A stretch of DNA of 64,000 nucleotides from Bdellovibrionaceae bacterium UBA2316 (GTDB lineage: Bacteria > Bdellovibrionota > Bdellovibrionia > Bdellovibrionales > Bdellovibrionaceae): the NCBI GenBank assembly GCA_002345205.1, contig DDVI01000089.1, positions 11,008-75,007 of the forward strand, given 5' to 3'. Every line of letters starts with the position of its first letter. Within the stretch, counting starts at the first letter, position 1. Made by a program: the position numbers and the translations under genes. Positions 27,569 to 36,141 of the stretch are shown piece after piece. The notes beneath the pieces are model-generated. The model was given only the letters and a program-made list of their open reading frames with translations, was not told the DNA's origin and made no database searches.

Positions 27569-27982
27569 TTATTCGTAAATATCAATTCTAAATTCTTTTT
27601 CGACGTTAAAATCGGTTAGCTTATGCGAAAATGGTGGCTTTTTTCGGGGGTGATACACAATAGCCTTCATTCTCACTCGCCAATGTTCTTCTTTAATCAA
27701 AGAACTATTTAGAATTTTTTGTAATAAATCAAAAGAGGAAATTTGGTACTCTTCCAGTAAATACAGTAAATTGTTATTTATAGACCTGAACTCAAACCAA
27801 AGTGGTAAATAGTAACAGTTTTCAAAATAGAAAAACAAGAACAGTTCCGTGTCTTTTTGGTGACGTCGAAAGTTTTCGCAAAAAATTTCCAAATTTCCCT
27901 TATCATCGACGTCGATAATATTAGGAGTCGTGAATTCGTCCTTTTTATATCGAATAATTTCGTTAAGAAATAAGTCCGACAT
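27569..27982 (-). CDS. Hypothetical protein (137 aa)
   Basis: The ORF overlaps the upstream gene by 20 nt on the same strand. No family recognised. Confidence 0.5.
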   Translation of the reverse strand: MSDLFLNEIIRYKKDEFTTPNIIDVDDKGNLEIFCENFRRHQKDTELFLFFYFENCYYLPLWFEFRSINNNLLYLLEEYQISSFDLLQKILNSSLIKEEHWRVRMKAIVYHPRKKPPFSHKLTDFNVEKEFRIDIYE

Positions 27983-28730
27983 TGCTGACTCCTATTGGTT
28001 TAGCGTATTGAATCGGCAAATCATTTTTATATATAACCGATGCAAAAATATGACTTTGCGGATAAAAATTATTAAAGTTCTCATAGATAGACTCTTGATT
28101 CACATCAAGCCGCCCTAATCCACCAACATCAAAATTCAAATGCGCAACAACCTCGGCACGGAAGAATAGCTCACCTAAAGATTCGGGACTAAAAGTTTCT
28201 TTGATATAGGAACTGGCATAGTCCCAGGGTACATTTAACTGCTGATAAAATTTCGTATTTTGATTGTCGTAGGAAATTTTAACGGTTTCAGTACCAAATC
28301 TAATTAAACTACCCATCATATAGTAAGTAGTGTTCTCTTGAAGAGATTCGACTCGGTTTTGTGAATCAATAACCGCTAACCTAAAAGCGTCAGGTCTTTC
28401 GTACCAACTTTTGGCTTTAATTTTTAAAAGAATCTTTAACTCATCTTCTGGCCGCTGTTCATTTCTACTATCTTTACCATATGCTGAAAAAAAGAGATCA
28501 TCTTGGGCCGCAAACCATTCTTTTTTTTTCCATTTTTTTCCCTTTAAACTGAGATGCATGACTTCTATAAAATGAAGCCACTTCATATATTTCTGCTCGA
28601 TCAATGCGTCGGCCCAAGACGAGGACATCCTATACAGTCCGGGAAATTTATCGGCACTGGAAATTATAATTTTGAATACATCTTTATCTGATAAATAAGT
28701 AAGGTGCGATATTGGTACAGTGTACATCAA
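27963..28730 (-). CDS. Hypothetical protein (255 aa)
   Basis: A long ORF, divergent from the B12-rSAM gene. No family recognised. Confidence 0.55.
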   Translation of the reverse strand: MMYTVPISHLTYLSDKDVFKIIISSADKFPGLYRMSSSWADALIEQKYMKWLHFIEVMHLSLKGKKWKKKEWFAAQDDLFFSAYGKDSRNEQRPEDELKILLKIKAKSWYERPDAFRLAVIDSQNRVESLQENTTYYMMGSLIRFGTETVKISYDNQNTKFYQQLNVPWDYASSYIKETFSPESLGELFFRAEVVAHLNFDVGGLGRLDVNQESIYENFNNFYPQSHIFASVIYKNDLPIQYAKPIGVSNVGLIS

Positions 28731-28857
28731 ATAAAAGATACTTTAGGGTACATTAGCAAGCAAGCGGCCAGTCTAAAAATGGGATCAAAGTGTCAAAATA
28801 TTAGTTTGAAATCAAAGGCGATTGTGTTTACCCTATATAGATGGTGAGGATTTAAAA

Positions 28858-30735
28858 ATGAAGCAATCAATTTACATAGTTAACCCCATCATGACGTATC
28901 AAGATTTTCCTTTGCCCTATTTGTATTTGATTTTTAAATCTTATCACAAAGAATTTGGCAAACATCCCGATGCTTGGTCTTGGCCTCTGCCTGTAAATGG
29001 TGTCGAGGGACTTACCTTTGATGATATATTAGGAAATGTACTTGTTGAATCTCCCAAAGTGGTAGGATTTAGCAGCTATGTTTGGAATTACAAATTAAAT
29101 CTTGAACTGGGTAAGGCTATTAAAGAACTACTTCCTGATTGCATCTTGGTATACGGTGGGCCCGAAGTTCCTTATGACCAGCATCCAAATTGGCTAAAAG
29201 AAAATTATTTTGTCGACTTGATTGCCGATTCAAAAGGTACAGGCGAAGAGTTTATGATGACTCTTCTAGACCAGTTAGCAGAGGGCAGCTTTAATCCAGC
29301 AGAAATCCCATATTGCATTACACCTTCTGCCGACCGCACGACGGCAACAAAATCTGTTCCTACAACAAAACGCACAGATTTAAAATGGCCCCGATCCATG
29401 TTCTATGGAAATGAAACCGAAGTGCAGCTTCTTAAACATATCGCACAATCTAAAGACGCGCGCCTAACTACCCTTTGGGAAACCACGCGCGGGTGCCCTC
29501 ATGCGTGTGCATATTGTGATTGGGGCGGCAGTACTGGCGTAAAAGTTTTGAAGAAAAGCGAAGAGACTGTGTATGAAGAACTCAAATACATGGAAAGCTT
29601 AAATATTGAATACATTGATGTTTGCGATGCTAATTTCGGAATCTTTAAAGAACGCGATGTTAATATTATTCAATACATTATTGATCGAGCGAAACTGGGC
29701 TGGGATGTAGAAATTGGTTTAAATGGCAAAACCAAGAATGATATTACAACCGTTCAAAAAATTGATTTCATGACATTAGAATCGAAGATCGCAGTGAAGA
29801 GTGATTATCATTATTCGGTTAATTCTTCTGATTCCGTCGTATCCAAAGCGGTAAATCGCTGGTCTTATCCTACTCAGATGCACATAGATTTTGTTAAAAA
29901 GGTGAAAAGCCTGGGATACAAAACACGAATAGAATACATTTTAGGTCTTCCGGAAACTACCCTCGACATTTTCTATAATGAGTATAATGACATTGCCTAC
30001 GCCGATGCCTGGCTAAGCGAACGTTACGTATGGTCTTTATTAGCCAAATCTCCGGCGGCCAAACCTGCCTATCGTGAAAAATATAGAATTGAAACGGTTC
30101 CGGTCAGATACACCCACTATAATACCTTACGACAACTGACTAAATCAGAATATTATCTATTAGATGATCCAAAGTATCAGGGTTATTTTGATTTAGTGAT
30201 AGCGACCTCAACGTATACAAAGCAAGAATGGCTTCAGATGTACTTCATGGATAATTTTGTACGCGGCGTAGAATGCCTTTCCGTCACGACCTCACTACGT
30301 GAACATTGCGAAACATTGGGCGTTAGCGCCGGTCAATTCTTTAGATACTGCTGGGCCACTTTAGAAAAAATGAGAGCCTCGGGCAATGAAGGTCTCGCAG
30401 AGATTTTCTCAAGCATTGAGGATGCTCTTCAAGGTAAAATTACATTTGCGTACTATCAATACCAAGGACAAATTCTGGGTCTCCAAACTATTTCGTCTTT
30501 CTTCCTGACAAAATATGCTGACGAATTTGTTTCCATATTTCGTGAATTTCTTCCGCAAGACGCAGAAGTCGATCACCAAATTGGCAAGATGAAGTCTCGC
30601 CTAGAAACTTTAAAAAATAATGCAGATCCCGTTCGAAGGATTGTGGATGAGCATTCAAGTTATGTTTATGGATCACTATCGAAAAAAATAAATTCAACGT
30701 CTGCTCTGAAGGCTGTCGGCAACGGGATTGAATAG
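28858..30735 (+). CDS. B12-binding-domain radical SAM enzyme (class B-like)
   Basis: The N-terminal Rossmann-type cobalamin-binding region reads VVGFSSYVWNYKLNLELGKAIKELLPDCILVYGGPEVP. It is followed by TTRGCPHACAYCDWG (Cx3Cx2C). I chose the start at ATG 28858 after a GGTGAGGA Shine-Dalgarno; the track has TTG 28822. Confidence 0.85.
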   Translation: MKQSIYIVNPIMTYQDFPLPYLYLIFKSYHKEFGKHPDAWSWPLPVNGVEGLTFDDILGNVLVESPKVVGFSSYVWNYKLNLELGKAIKELLPDCILVYGGPEVPYDQHPNWLKENYFVDLIADSKGTGEEFMMTLLDQLAEGSFNPAEIPYCITPSADRTTATKSVPTTKRTDLKWPRSMFYGNETEVQLLKHIAQSKDARLTTLWETTRGCPHACAYCDWGGSTGVKVLKKSEETVYEELKYMESLNIEYIDVCDANFGIFKERDVNIIQYIIDRAKLGWDVEIGLNGKTKNDITTVQKIDFMTLESKIAVKSDYHYSVNSSDSVVSKAVNRWSYPTQMHIDFVKKVKSLGYKTRIEYILGLPETTLDIFYNEYNDIAYADAWLSERYVWSLLAKSPAAKPAYREKYRIETVPVRYTHYNTLRQLTKSEYYLLDDPKYQGYFDLVIATSTYTKQEWLQMYFMDNFVRGVECLSVTTSLREHCETLGVSAGQFFRYCWATLEKMRASGNEGLAEIFSSIEDALQGKITFAYYQYQGQILGLQTISSFFLTKYADEFVSIFREFLPQDAEVDHQIGKMKSRLETLKNNADPVRRIVDEHSSYVYGSLSKKINSTSALKAVGNGIE

Positions 30736-31832
30736 TGTTTCACTTTTTTAACAAAATCTATTTAGAAAATATAATTTACTATAACTCGGTTTACCCTTCT
30801 CGCGTTATTGGATCACGAACGATGCCTCACCCTTTGGCTCGATTTAATGAGGATATTTTCGGCCCTCTGCCTACTTTGGAAGAGTACTTAAATACAAATG
30901 CCGACGGTTCTATAGACAATCTGTGGAAAGATTTTTTTACCCAAAAAGATAGTAAAACGTTTCTAGTTTACGTCGATACACCCTTAGAACTAAAGCTTAA
31001 GATTATTTACTGGAAATCTATTTTTAAGAACCCCAATCCTGACATTTTATATTGGCTTCATAATTCATCTATTCTAGAGAGACGATTAAAATCCAGTGAT
31101 TTTCTTGAGAATAACGAACTTAAACGAGATATGATTTCTGAAAATCTAAACTTCACCAGTCGATCGGATTTTCAAAAGGTATTTGAAGAAAATAATCCTT
31201 CAGACTATCTATTAAGTATCGGGCGTGAAACTCTGTCTTTTGAGTACCATCTTGCCAACCATTTTTATAATCCGAATGGTCCAATGGAACAAATTTTCCA
31301 AGAAAAATTCAAAAAAATTGCTTGGAAAGCATGGTACAATGACGTTTCTGTGATGCGCGAAGATCTATTTAATTCTATTTACGATATTAAAAAAGTATTT
31401 CCAGATTTAGAGTTAGATGAAACTGATCCCCAAACTTTTGAAACCGCCATTTTATCATCGCCTAAAACTAGCTGGTTATTCGACGCTGACTTCAGTAGAG
31501 AAAATGTAGAACAAACACCGGCCCGCTATTCTAAAGAAGTGTTTACCGAAGCCCAGAAAAAAGCTTTAGATATGATCGCAAAAGAGCCTGAGTTCTACGA
31601 GAATTTTCAAAAAATGTTGATGTCTCCGATTGATAATCCGGTACGCAGGACAGAATTACTATTCGACGGAAATTACAGTCAGTTTTTAGACGATTGTGTT
31701 AAGCAAAGATTTGGTTCGATATTTGCGACGCATGCTCTCCCTGGTAAAGTCAGTACGAGCTTAATTTCCTATATTTTAGAAAAAGTACGAGCGAATAAAA
31801 CTAGCGATCTAGCCAGTTTTGAATTCAGATAA
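30735..31832 (+). CDS. Hypothetical protein, 'MFHxF' family (paralogue of 16684..17721)
   Basis: The GTG start overlaps the TAG stop of the B12-rSAM gene by 1 nt. The blocks shared with 16684..17721 are listed under that feature. Confidence 0.65.
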   Translation: MFHFFNKIYLENIIYYNSVYPSRVIGSRTMPHPLARFNEDIFGPLPTLEEYLNTNADGSIDNLWKDFFTQKDSKTFLVYVDTPLELKLKIIYWKSIFKNPNPDILYWLHNSSILERRLKSSDFLENNELKRDMISENLNFTSRSDFQKVFEENNPSDYLLSIGRETLSFEYHLANHFYNPNGPMEQIFQEKFKKIAWKAWYNDVSVMREDLFNSIYDIKKVFPDLELDETDPQTFETAILSSPKTSWLFDADFSRENVEQTPARYSKEVFTEAQKKALDMIAKEPEFYENFQKMLMSPIDNPVRRTELLFDGNYSQFLDDCVKQRFGSIFATHALPGKVSTSLISYILEKVRANKTSDLASFEFR

Positions 31833-31833
31833 C

Positions 31834-32988
31834 TTATAAAGAAAAGAACCATTTTCCACTATCACTGAGAACAAAATTTTCATTCCATAAAGATAGCGCA
31901 TTTAAATATTTAGCTTCCGGCATTTGAATTTTTATCAAAGGTGTAACCTGCCAAGACACACACTTGATAGCTTGGTTTGCAATTACATGCTGCAATATCA
32001 GTCCACGATTTTGCTCTCCCGATTCGTCGACTGGATAACCAAAATCTACAAGATACACGTCTTTTCTTTTCCAATAATTGTCTCTGATCGTCGTGTAGTA
32101 ATTCATTTCCGGAGTAGCACTTCTTTGCCCATCAAAGCCATATAACTGTTCCTCGAACTTCGAAAAATGAGCCCAACCCAAATGCAGTGGATGCGATGTA
32201 AACGCCATGAAATCTAAAGACTGAACTTCGTCCCGTCCCAGGGTGCTCCAGTAGTTGTAGTAATTTAAATGCTCAAAATTAAAAGCAGAAGAGAACTGAA
32301 TTTTTGGATGGTCTTTGCGAGCTTGGTCCAATACAGACCAGAAGGCCTGGGTTTCTTTAGTCCGCGTTTTAGTTCCTAAAATATTATAAAAGAAAAGATT
32401 TAATTCAGAACCAAATATTACCTTTTCAAAGTTCGCTAAATTAATTTTGTTTTTAAAATCTTCATATATTTTTTCCTTAAAAACCGGATTAGAGAAAACC
32501 ACTTTCGATTCAGGATGGTCTTCCTGCTGCTTGGGACTATACTTGGCCCCTACAACGTCTTTGAATTTATCAAACCGATATTTAAAATCATTTATATCTA
32601 GATCATAAATTAAAGCTAATGGAATAGATTCATTTTCAATTAATGAAATATATTTCGTTAAATCGGCTCCACTCTGACTACCTGTCTTTATCACGCAATT
32701 TTCACCTACAGGACCACAGCGAAATGAAACGCGGCTTCGCACGCGTAAAAAAATCCGGCTAAGAGACTTTGAGTTTTCAGATAGAATTGCCTTCAAATTT
32801 TCTAATGAAATCAGATCGGCTTCGCTTAACGTTATGGCTTTCTCGATTGGACCGTTTCTCTTTTCTACTTGCTCTTGAAAATCCGCAGAATCAGCGTTGA
32901 CGTTTGGGGTCGTGTTTTTATAAAGCAGGACCGTACCTAGCGCGACGATAGCGACACCCAATAAAATAACTTTTTTAAATAAATTCAA
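31834..32988 (-). CDS. Hypothetical membrane-anchored/secreted protein (384 aa)
   Basis: It has an N-terminal hydrophobic anchor (LLGVAIVALGTVLLY). No family recognised. Confidence 0.6.
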   Translation of the reverse strand: MNLFKKVILLGVAIVALGTVLLYKNTTPNVNADSADFQEQVEKRNGPIEKAITLSEADLISLENLKAILSENSKSLSRIFLRVRSRVSFRCGPVGENCVIKTGSQSGADLTKYISLIENESIPLALIYDLDINDFKYRFDKFKDVVGAKYSPKQQEDHPESKVVFSNPVFKEKIYEDFKNKINLANFEKVIFGSELNLFFYNILGTKTRTKETQAFWSVLDQARKDHPKIQFSSAFNFEHLNYYNYWSTLGRDEVQSLDFMAFTSHPLHLGWAHFSKFEEQLYGFDGQRSATPEMNYYTTIRDNYWKRKDVYLVDFGYPVDESGEQNRGLILQHVIANQAIKCVSWQVTPLIKIQMPEAKYLNALSLWNENFVLSDSGKWFFSL

Positions 32989-33029
32989 TTTTATGTCTCT
33001 CGAAGATGTAGGTTAGATTTTTGAAAAAG

Positions 33030-33440
33030 TTAAACGCTGACTAAGGTCCAGCCTTCTTTTTTGCCCATAAATTTAAAACCAAAACTCGCATTTTGATCTA
33101 CAAGGACAGGCTCATTTTTTCCCGCAAGAAGTAGGTTATTTGATTTAACAACGGGAGGATTCAAAGTCCAATCTTGCCCCTCATTAATGAAGACGAACGT
33201 TTTCAAATACTCTACTTTTTCCGGCAGAACGAAAACCTGACCTGGCTCTAAGTGGACTACGGTCTCTTTAGAGGCGTTAGTTCGATGACTCTTTGAGGAG
33301 TCGGCTCCTTCCGCCAAAGTGTCTCGATTTAGGTCGGACCATTTTAGAAACGAAGGGAAAACAAAAGATCCAGAGAATACGCTAAAGAAAAATCTTCTTT
33401 TCATACCTTTAGTATAAATGTAGAATATCCAAAAGGACAA
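33030..33440 (-). CDS. Hypothetical secreted protein
   Basis: An internal start at 33404 would give a signal-peptide-like N-terminus (MKRRFFFSVFSGSFVFPSF). No family recognised. Confidence 0.5.
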   Translation of the reverse strand: MSFWIFYIYTKGMKRRFFFSVFSGSFVFPSFLKWSDLNRDTLAEGADSSKSHRTNASKETVVHLEPGQVFVLPEKVEYLKTFVFINEGQDWTLNPPVVKSNNLLLAGKNEPVLVDQNASFGFKFMGKKEGWTLVSV

Positions 33441-34495
33441 TGAATTTCTATAAATCCAATATGTTAAAAAAACCTTATGCGAAAATCACAAAAATGAATC
33501 AAAATGGGATGTCACTGATCCTTGTTTTGATTTTGCTTGGCATTTTTTCCGTAATGTTTTTAGCGGTTAATCGATTGATTTTTTGGAATCGAAATATGTA
33601 TAACGAAATTATTTCGACTATCAATATTGATGATTTGAATTCGCAAATTTATTTACTCTTGCAAGACCGACGCGCTTGTCACAACACATTTGGCGGAATA
33701 AATAGAGGAGCACCGCCTGTTGCCGCAACTACCATCCGAGATGCCGCCAACGTTATCGCATTTCAAACTAATAATCTTTACGTTAAAAATGTGACTCCAA
33801 TCACCATGGCGATAACAAATTTTGTTAGCCCAGTGGTAGGTATTGAACCTTATAATGCAACGTTTGACTTAACCATAAATTATCGAATTCCATTTGGCGA
33901 AAACCAAAAAGACAAGCCACGAACATTCCAAATACGAACATTCGCACCCGCTGGCTGGCCCAATGGTACGCCTCTTTCGCGTACTTCAGCTCCTTTAGCT
34001 GCTATTACAGATGGCTGCGTGTCCGCAGGAGACTTGGCTGAAGTGGGCGTAGATTTAAGCGATCTCATTTCTAAAAATCTTCCCGACCAAAAACTATCTA
34101 ATTTAATTATGAATCCAATTAATGGAGTCACAAGTAGCATCCTGACAGTAAACGGAAACGCGACTTTAAATAACGTCCTTACTGTTTCCGATTCCCGCGC
34201 AAAAGACGATATTACTCCGTTTGAATTATCAGATGCCCAGTGGGAAAAAATCAGGGGCTATTCGTTTTCTTGGAAAGGCAGTGATGCCAAAGATATAGGT
34301 TTCATGGCCCAAGACGTAGAAAAGGTTATACCAGAACTTGTCGACGGGACTCAGGCCGATGGTTATAAGCGCATAAATTACACTGCATTTATACCTCTAC
34401 TTTTAGAATCAACAAAAAAACTAGATGCCGAAAATAAAGTATATGAGAAAAGAATTTTGGATTTAGAAACTAAACTTTCGAATATGAAGGAATAG
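33440..34495 (+). CDS. Prepilin-like N-terminus (no Glu5) + two-Cys pilin-like head + C-terminal peptidase S74-like intramolecular chaperone domain
   Basis: The motif ...MNQNG/MSLILVLILLGIFSVMFLAV resembles a prepilin leader plus hydrophobic alpha-1. Cys residues occur in RRACHNTF and TDGCVSAG. The C-terminus reads ...VNGNATLNNVLTV/SDSRAKDDITPF...GYSFSWK...GFMAQDVEKVIPELV...INYTAFIPLLLESTKKL followed by a coiled coil. The start is uncertain (33440, 33461 or 33494). Confidence 0.75.
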   Translation: MNFYKSNMLKKPYAKITKMNQNGMSLILVLILLGIFSVMFLAVNRLIFWNRNMYNEIISTINIDDLNSQIYLLLQDRRACHNTFGGINRGAPPVAATTIRDAANVIAFQTNNLYVKNVTPITMAITNFVSPVVGIEPYNATFDLTINYRIPFGENQKDKPRTFQIRTFAPAGWPNGTPLSRTSAPLAAITDGCVSAGDLAEVGVDLSDLISKNLPDQKLSNLIMNPINGVTSSILTVNGNATLNNVLTVSDSRAKDDITPFELSDAQWEKIRGYSFSWKGSDAKDIGFMAQDVEKVIPELVDGTQADGYKRINYTAFIPLLLESTKKLDAENKVYEKRILDLETKLSNMKE

Positions 34496-34497
34496 AA

Positions 34498-35535
34498 TTG
34501 AAATACAAACTTAAAAGTTTCCGAAATTCTAAAGGCTTTTCCCTACTCGAAGTCCTTGTGGCTACAGGCATCCTTGCTATCGTTTCTACGTTTGGCGCTG
34601 TCCTGGTTTCCAGTGTTCAGGATTTATTATTTCAAACAAGCCGGGAAACACGTGTGGATGAAGTTCATGCCAATGTGACAATGACACTTGCTGATCCCGT
34701 TTCATGCTTCAATACTTTTTCGGTAATAAACTATACGGGAGCCGCCGTTGCAGTACCCACAATTACTTCGGCTTTTGCGACGCCTAAATACGTCGTTGGC
34801 GGTAACTATTACCAGACTGTAACCATTCAGGGTATGCTGGCTCAAAATTTCGTTTTTGGTGGCGGTTCAGATGTTCCCGCTCCGTTTACTGGCCGTTTTG
34901 ATCTTGTTATAAGTTACCAGTTTACTACTGGTGGTGGTGCGGTTCGCACAGTTAATCGCACCGTAACAGTTAAAACCGCGCCGACTGCTTGGGCGGCGGG
35001 AAACGCCCTAGCCGCAAATCCTATCAGGTGTTCTGGTGGAGCAGGCGTAGGTTTTGGTTTTGATATTCCTACTTATTTACATCGGCATATCGCGGCGGTC
35101 CCGCCGGATGAAATTAAAACAGGAAATTTAACTATGAATGGAGGCGGCGTCACTATGCCCGCCAATTTAGAAGTCATCGGCCTTACGACCATCAACACGG
35201 GGCTATTCCAAGTGTCCGATAAAAGACTAAAAACAAATCTAGCGCCGCTAGCACTTTCATTTGATCAGATCGACAGCATAAATGGCTATGCATTTACATG
35301 GAAAAAGTCCGATCGCCCCGATCATGGGTTTATCGCTCAAGAAATAGAGGCTCAATTTCCAGAACTAGTTGCTAACGATCCAAAAAGAAATACAAAAAAA
35401 ATGCGGTATCAAAACTTGGTTCCAATTTTGGCAGAATCCAATCGAACGTTAAGACATGGAAATCGAGATTTAGAAACCCGCATCGAAGCATTAGAAAAAA
35501 AAATAGAAAATAAAACAAAACACCTAAAGAGGTAA
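34498..35535 (+). CDS. Type IV prepilin-type N-terminus + pilin-like head + C-terminal peptidase S74-like intramolecular chaperone domain
   Basis: It has the canonical N-methylation/cleavage motif KG/FSLLEVLVATGILAIV. Cys residues occur in VSCFNTF and IRCSGG. The C-terminus reads ...LFQV/SDKRLKTNLAPL...GYAFTWK...GFIAQEIEAQFPELV...YQNLVPILAESNRTL. Confidence 0.85.
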   Translation: MKYKLKSFRNSKGFSLLEVLVATGILAIVSTFGAVLVSSVQDLLFQTSRETRVDEVHANVTMTLADPVSCFNTFSVINYTGAAVAVPTITSAFATPKYVVGGNYYQTVTIQGMLAQNFVFGGGSDVPAPFTGRFDLVISYQFTTGGGAVRTVNRTVTVKTAPTAWAAGNALAANPIRCSGGAGVGFGFDIPTYLHRHIAAVPPDEIKTGNLTMNGGGVTMPANLEVIGLTTINTGLFQVSDKRLKTNLAPLALSFDQIDSINGYAFTWKKSDRPDHGFIAQEIEAQFPELVANDPKRNTKKMRYQNLVPILAESNRTLRHGNRDLETRIEALEKKIENKTKHLKR

Positions 35536-35538
35536 GAT

Positions 35539-36141
35539 ATGCAAAAACTTTCATTTCTCACTAATTTGTTAACCCTTGGTAATAAGGCTTCAGCTGCGTC
35601 CACTCTACGCGCATGCAATATAGATGGCACAGGTGGAGTTACCGTAACTCCCGGCGGTGCTGACCTTTGCGTTAGTAATGGTGGTGGTGGCGCTGACGCC
35701 CAGTTTGCGGCTTCTAGAGTTTGGAACGCCGTTTGGAATGATGTAGTTGATTTTCAGTTAGTGTGCGATGAAGTCGTCTACGGAAAATGTTATTTTGATA
35801 CTTTTGACGGCGCAAAGATCTGCCAGTCACGCTGCCAAAAAAGCGTAATCGGTATTGCTTCTGATACGTTCGGTTTCGCCGTTGGCAGAGGCCGCTACTC
35901 AAACGAAGTTCCAATCGCTATCGGTGGCTGGGTCCTAGCATTTGTAGATAAAATTTATGAACCTGGAACTGTACTGACGTGCGATACCAAAGGTGATTTA
36001 ACGGAAATGACTTTAGAAGAGAAACAAATGTACCCGGAACGCATCGTAGGTATTTACAAAAAACCAGAATATGATGAATTCTTTGGTCCCGAAAAAACGA
36101 AAGTGAAGGTCAATGGGCGACACTGGGTTAAAGTTAAATAA
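35539..36141 (+). CDS. Hypothetical Cys-containing protein (200 aa) inserted between the pilin-S74 paralogues
   Basis: The ORF starts 4 nt after the previous gene and overlaps the next by 29 nt. It has a hydrophobic N-terminus, a Gly-rich stretch and 6 Cys. It vaguely recalls phage appendage autoproteolytic (peptidase G2-like) domains, but I cannot support that call. Confidence 0.55.
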   Translation: MQKLSFLTNLLTLGNKASAASTLRACNIDGTGGVTVTPGGADLCVSNGGGGADAQFAASRVWNAVWNDVVDFQLVCDEVVYGKCYFDTFDGAKICQSRCQKSVIGIASDTFGFAVGRGRYSNEVPIAIGGWVLAFVDKIYEPGTVLTCDTKGDLTEMTLEEKQMYPERIVGIYKKPEYDEFFGPEKTKVKVNGRHWVKVK

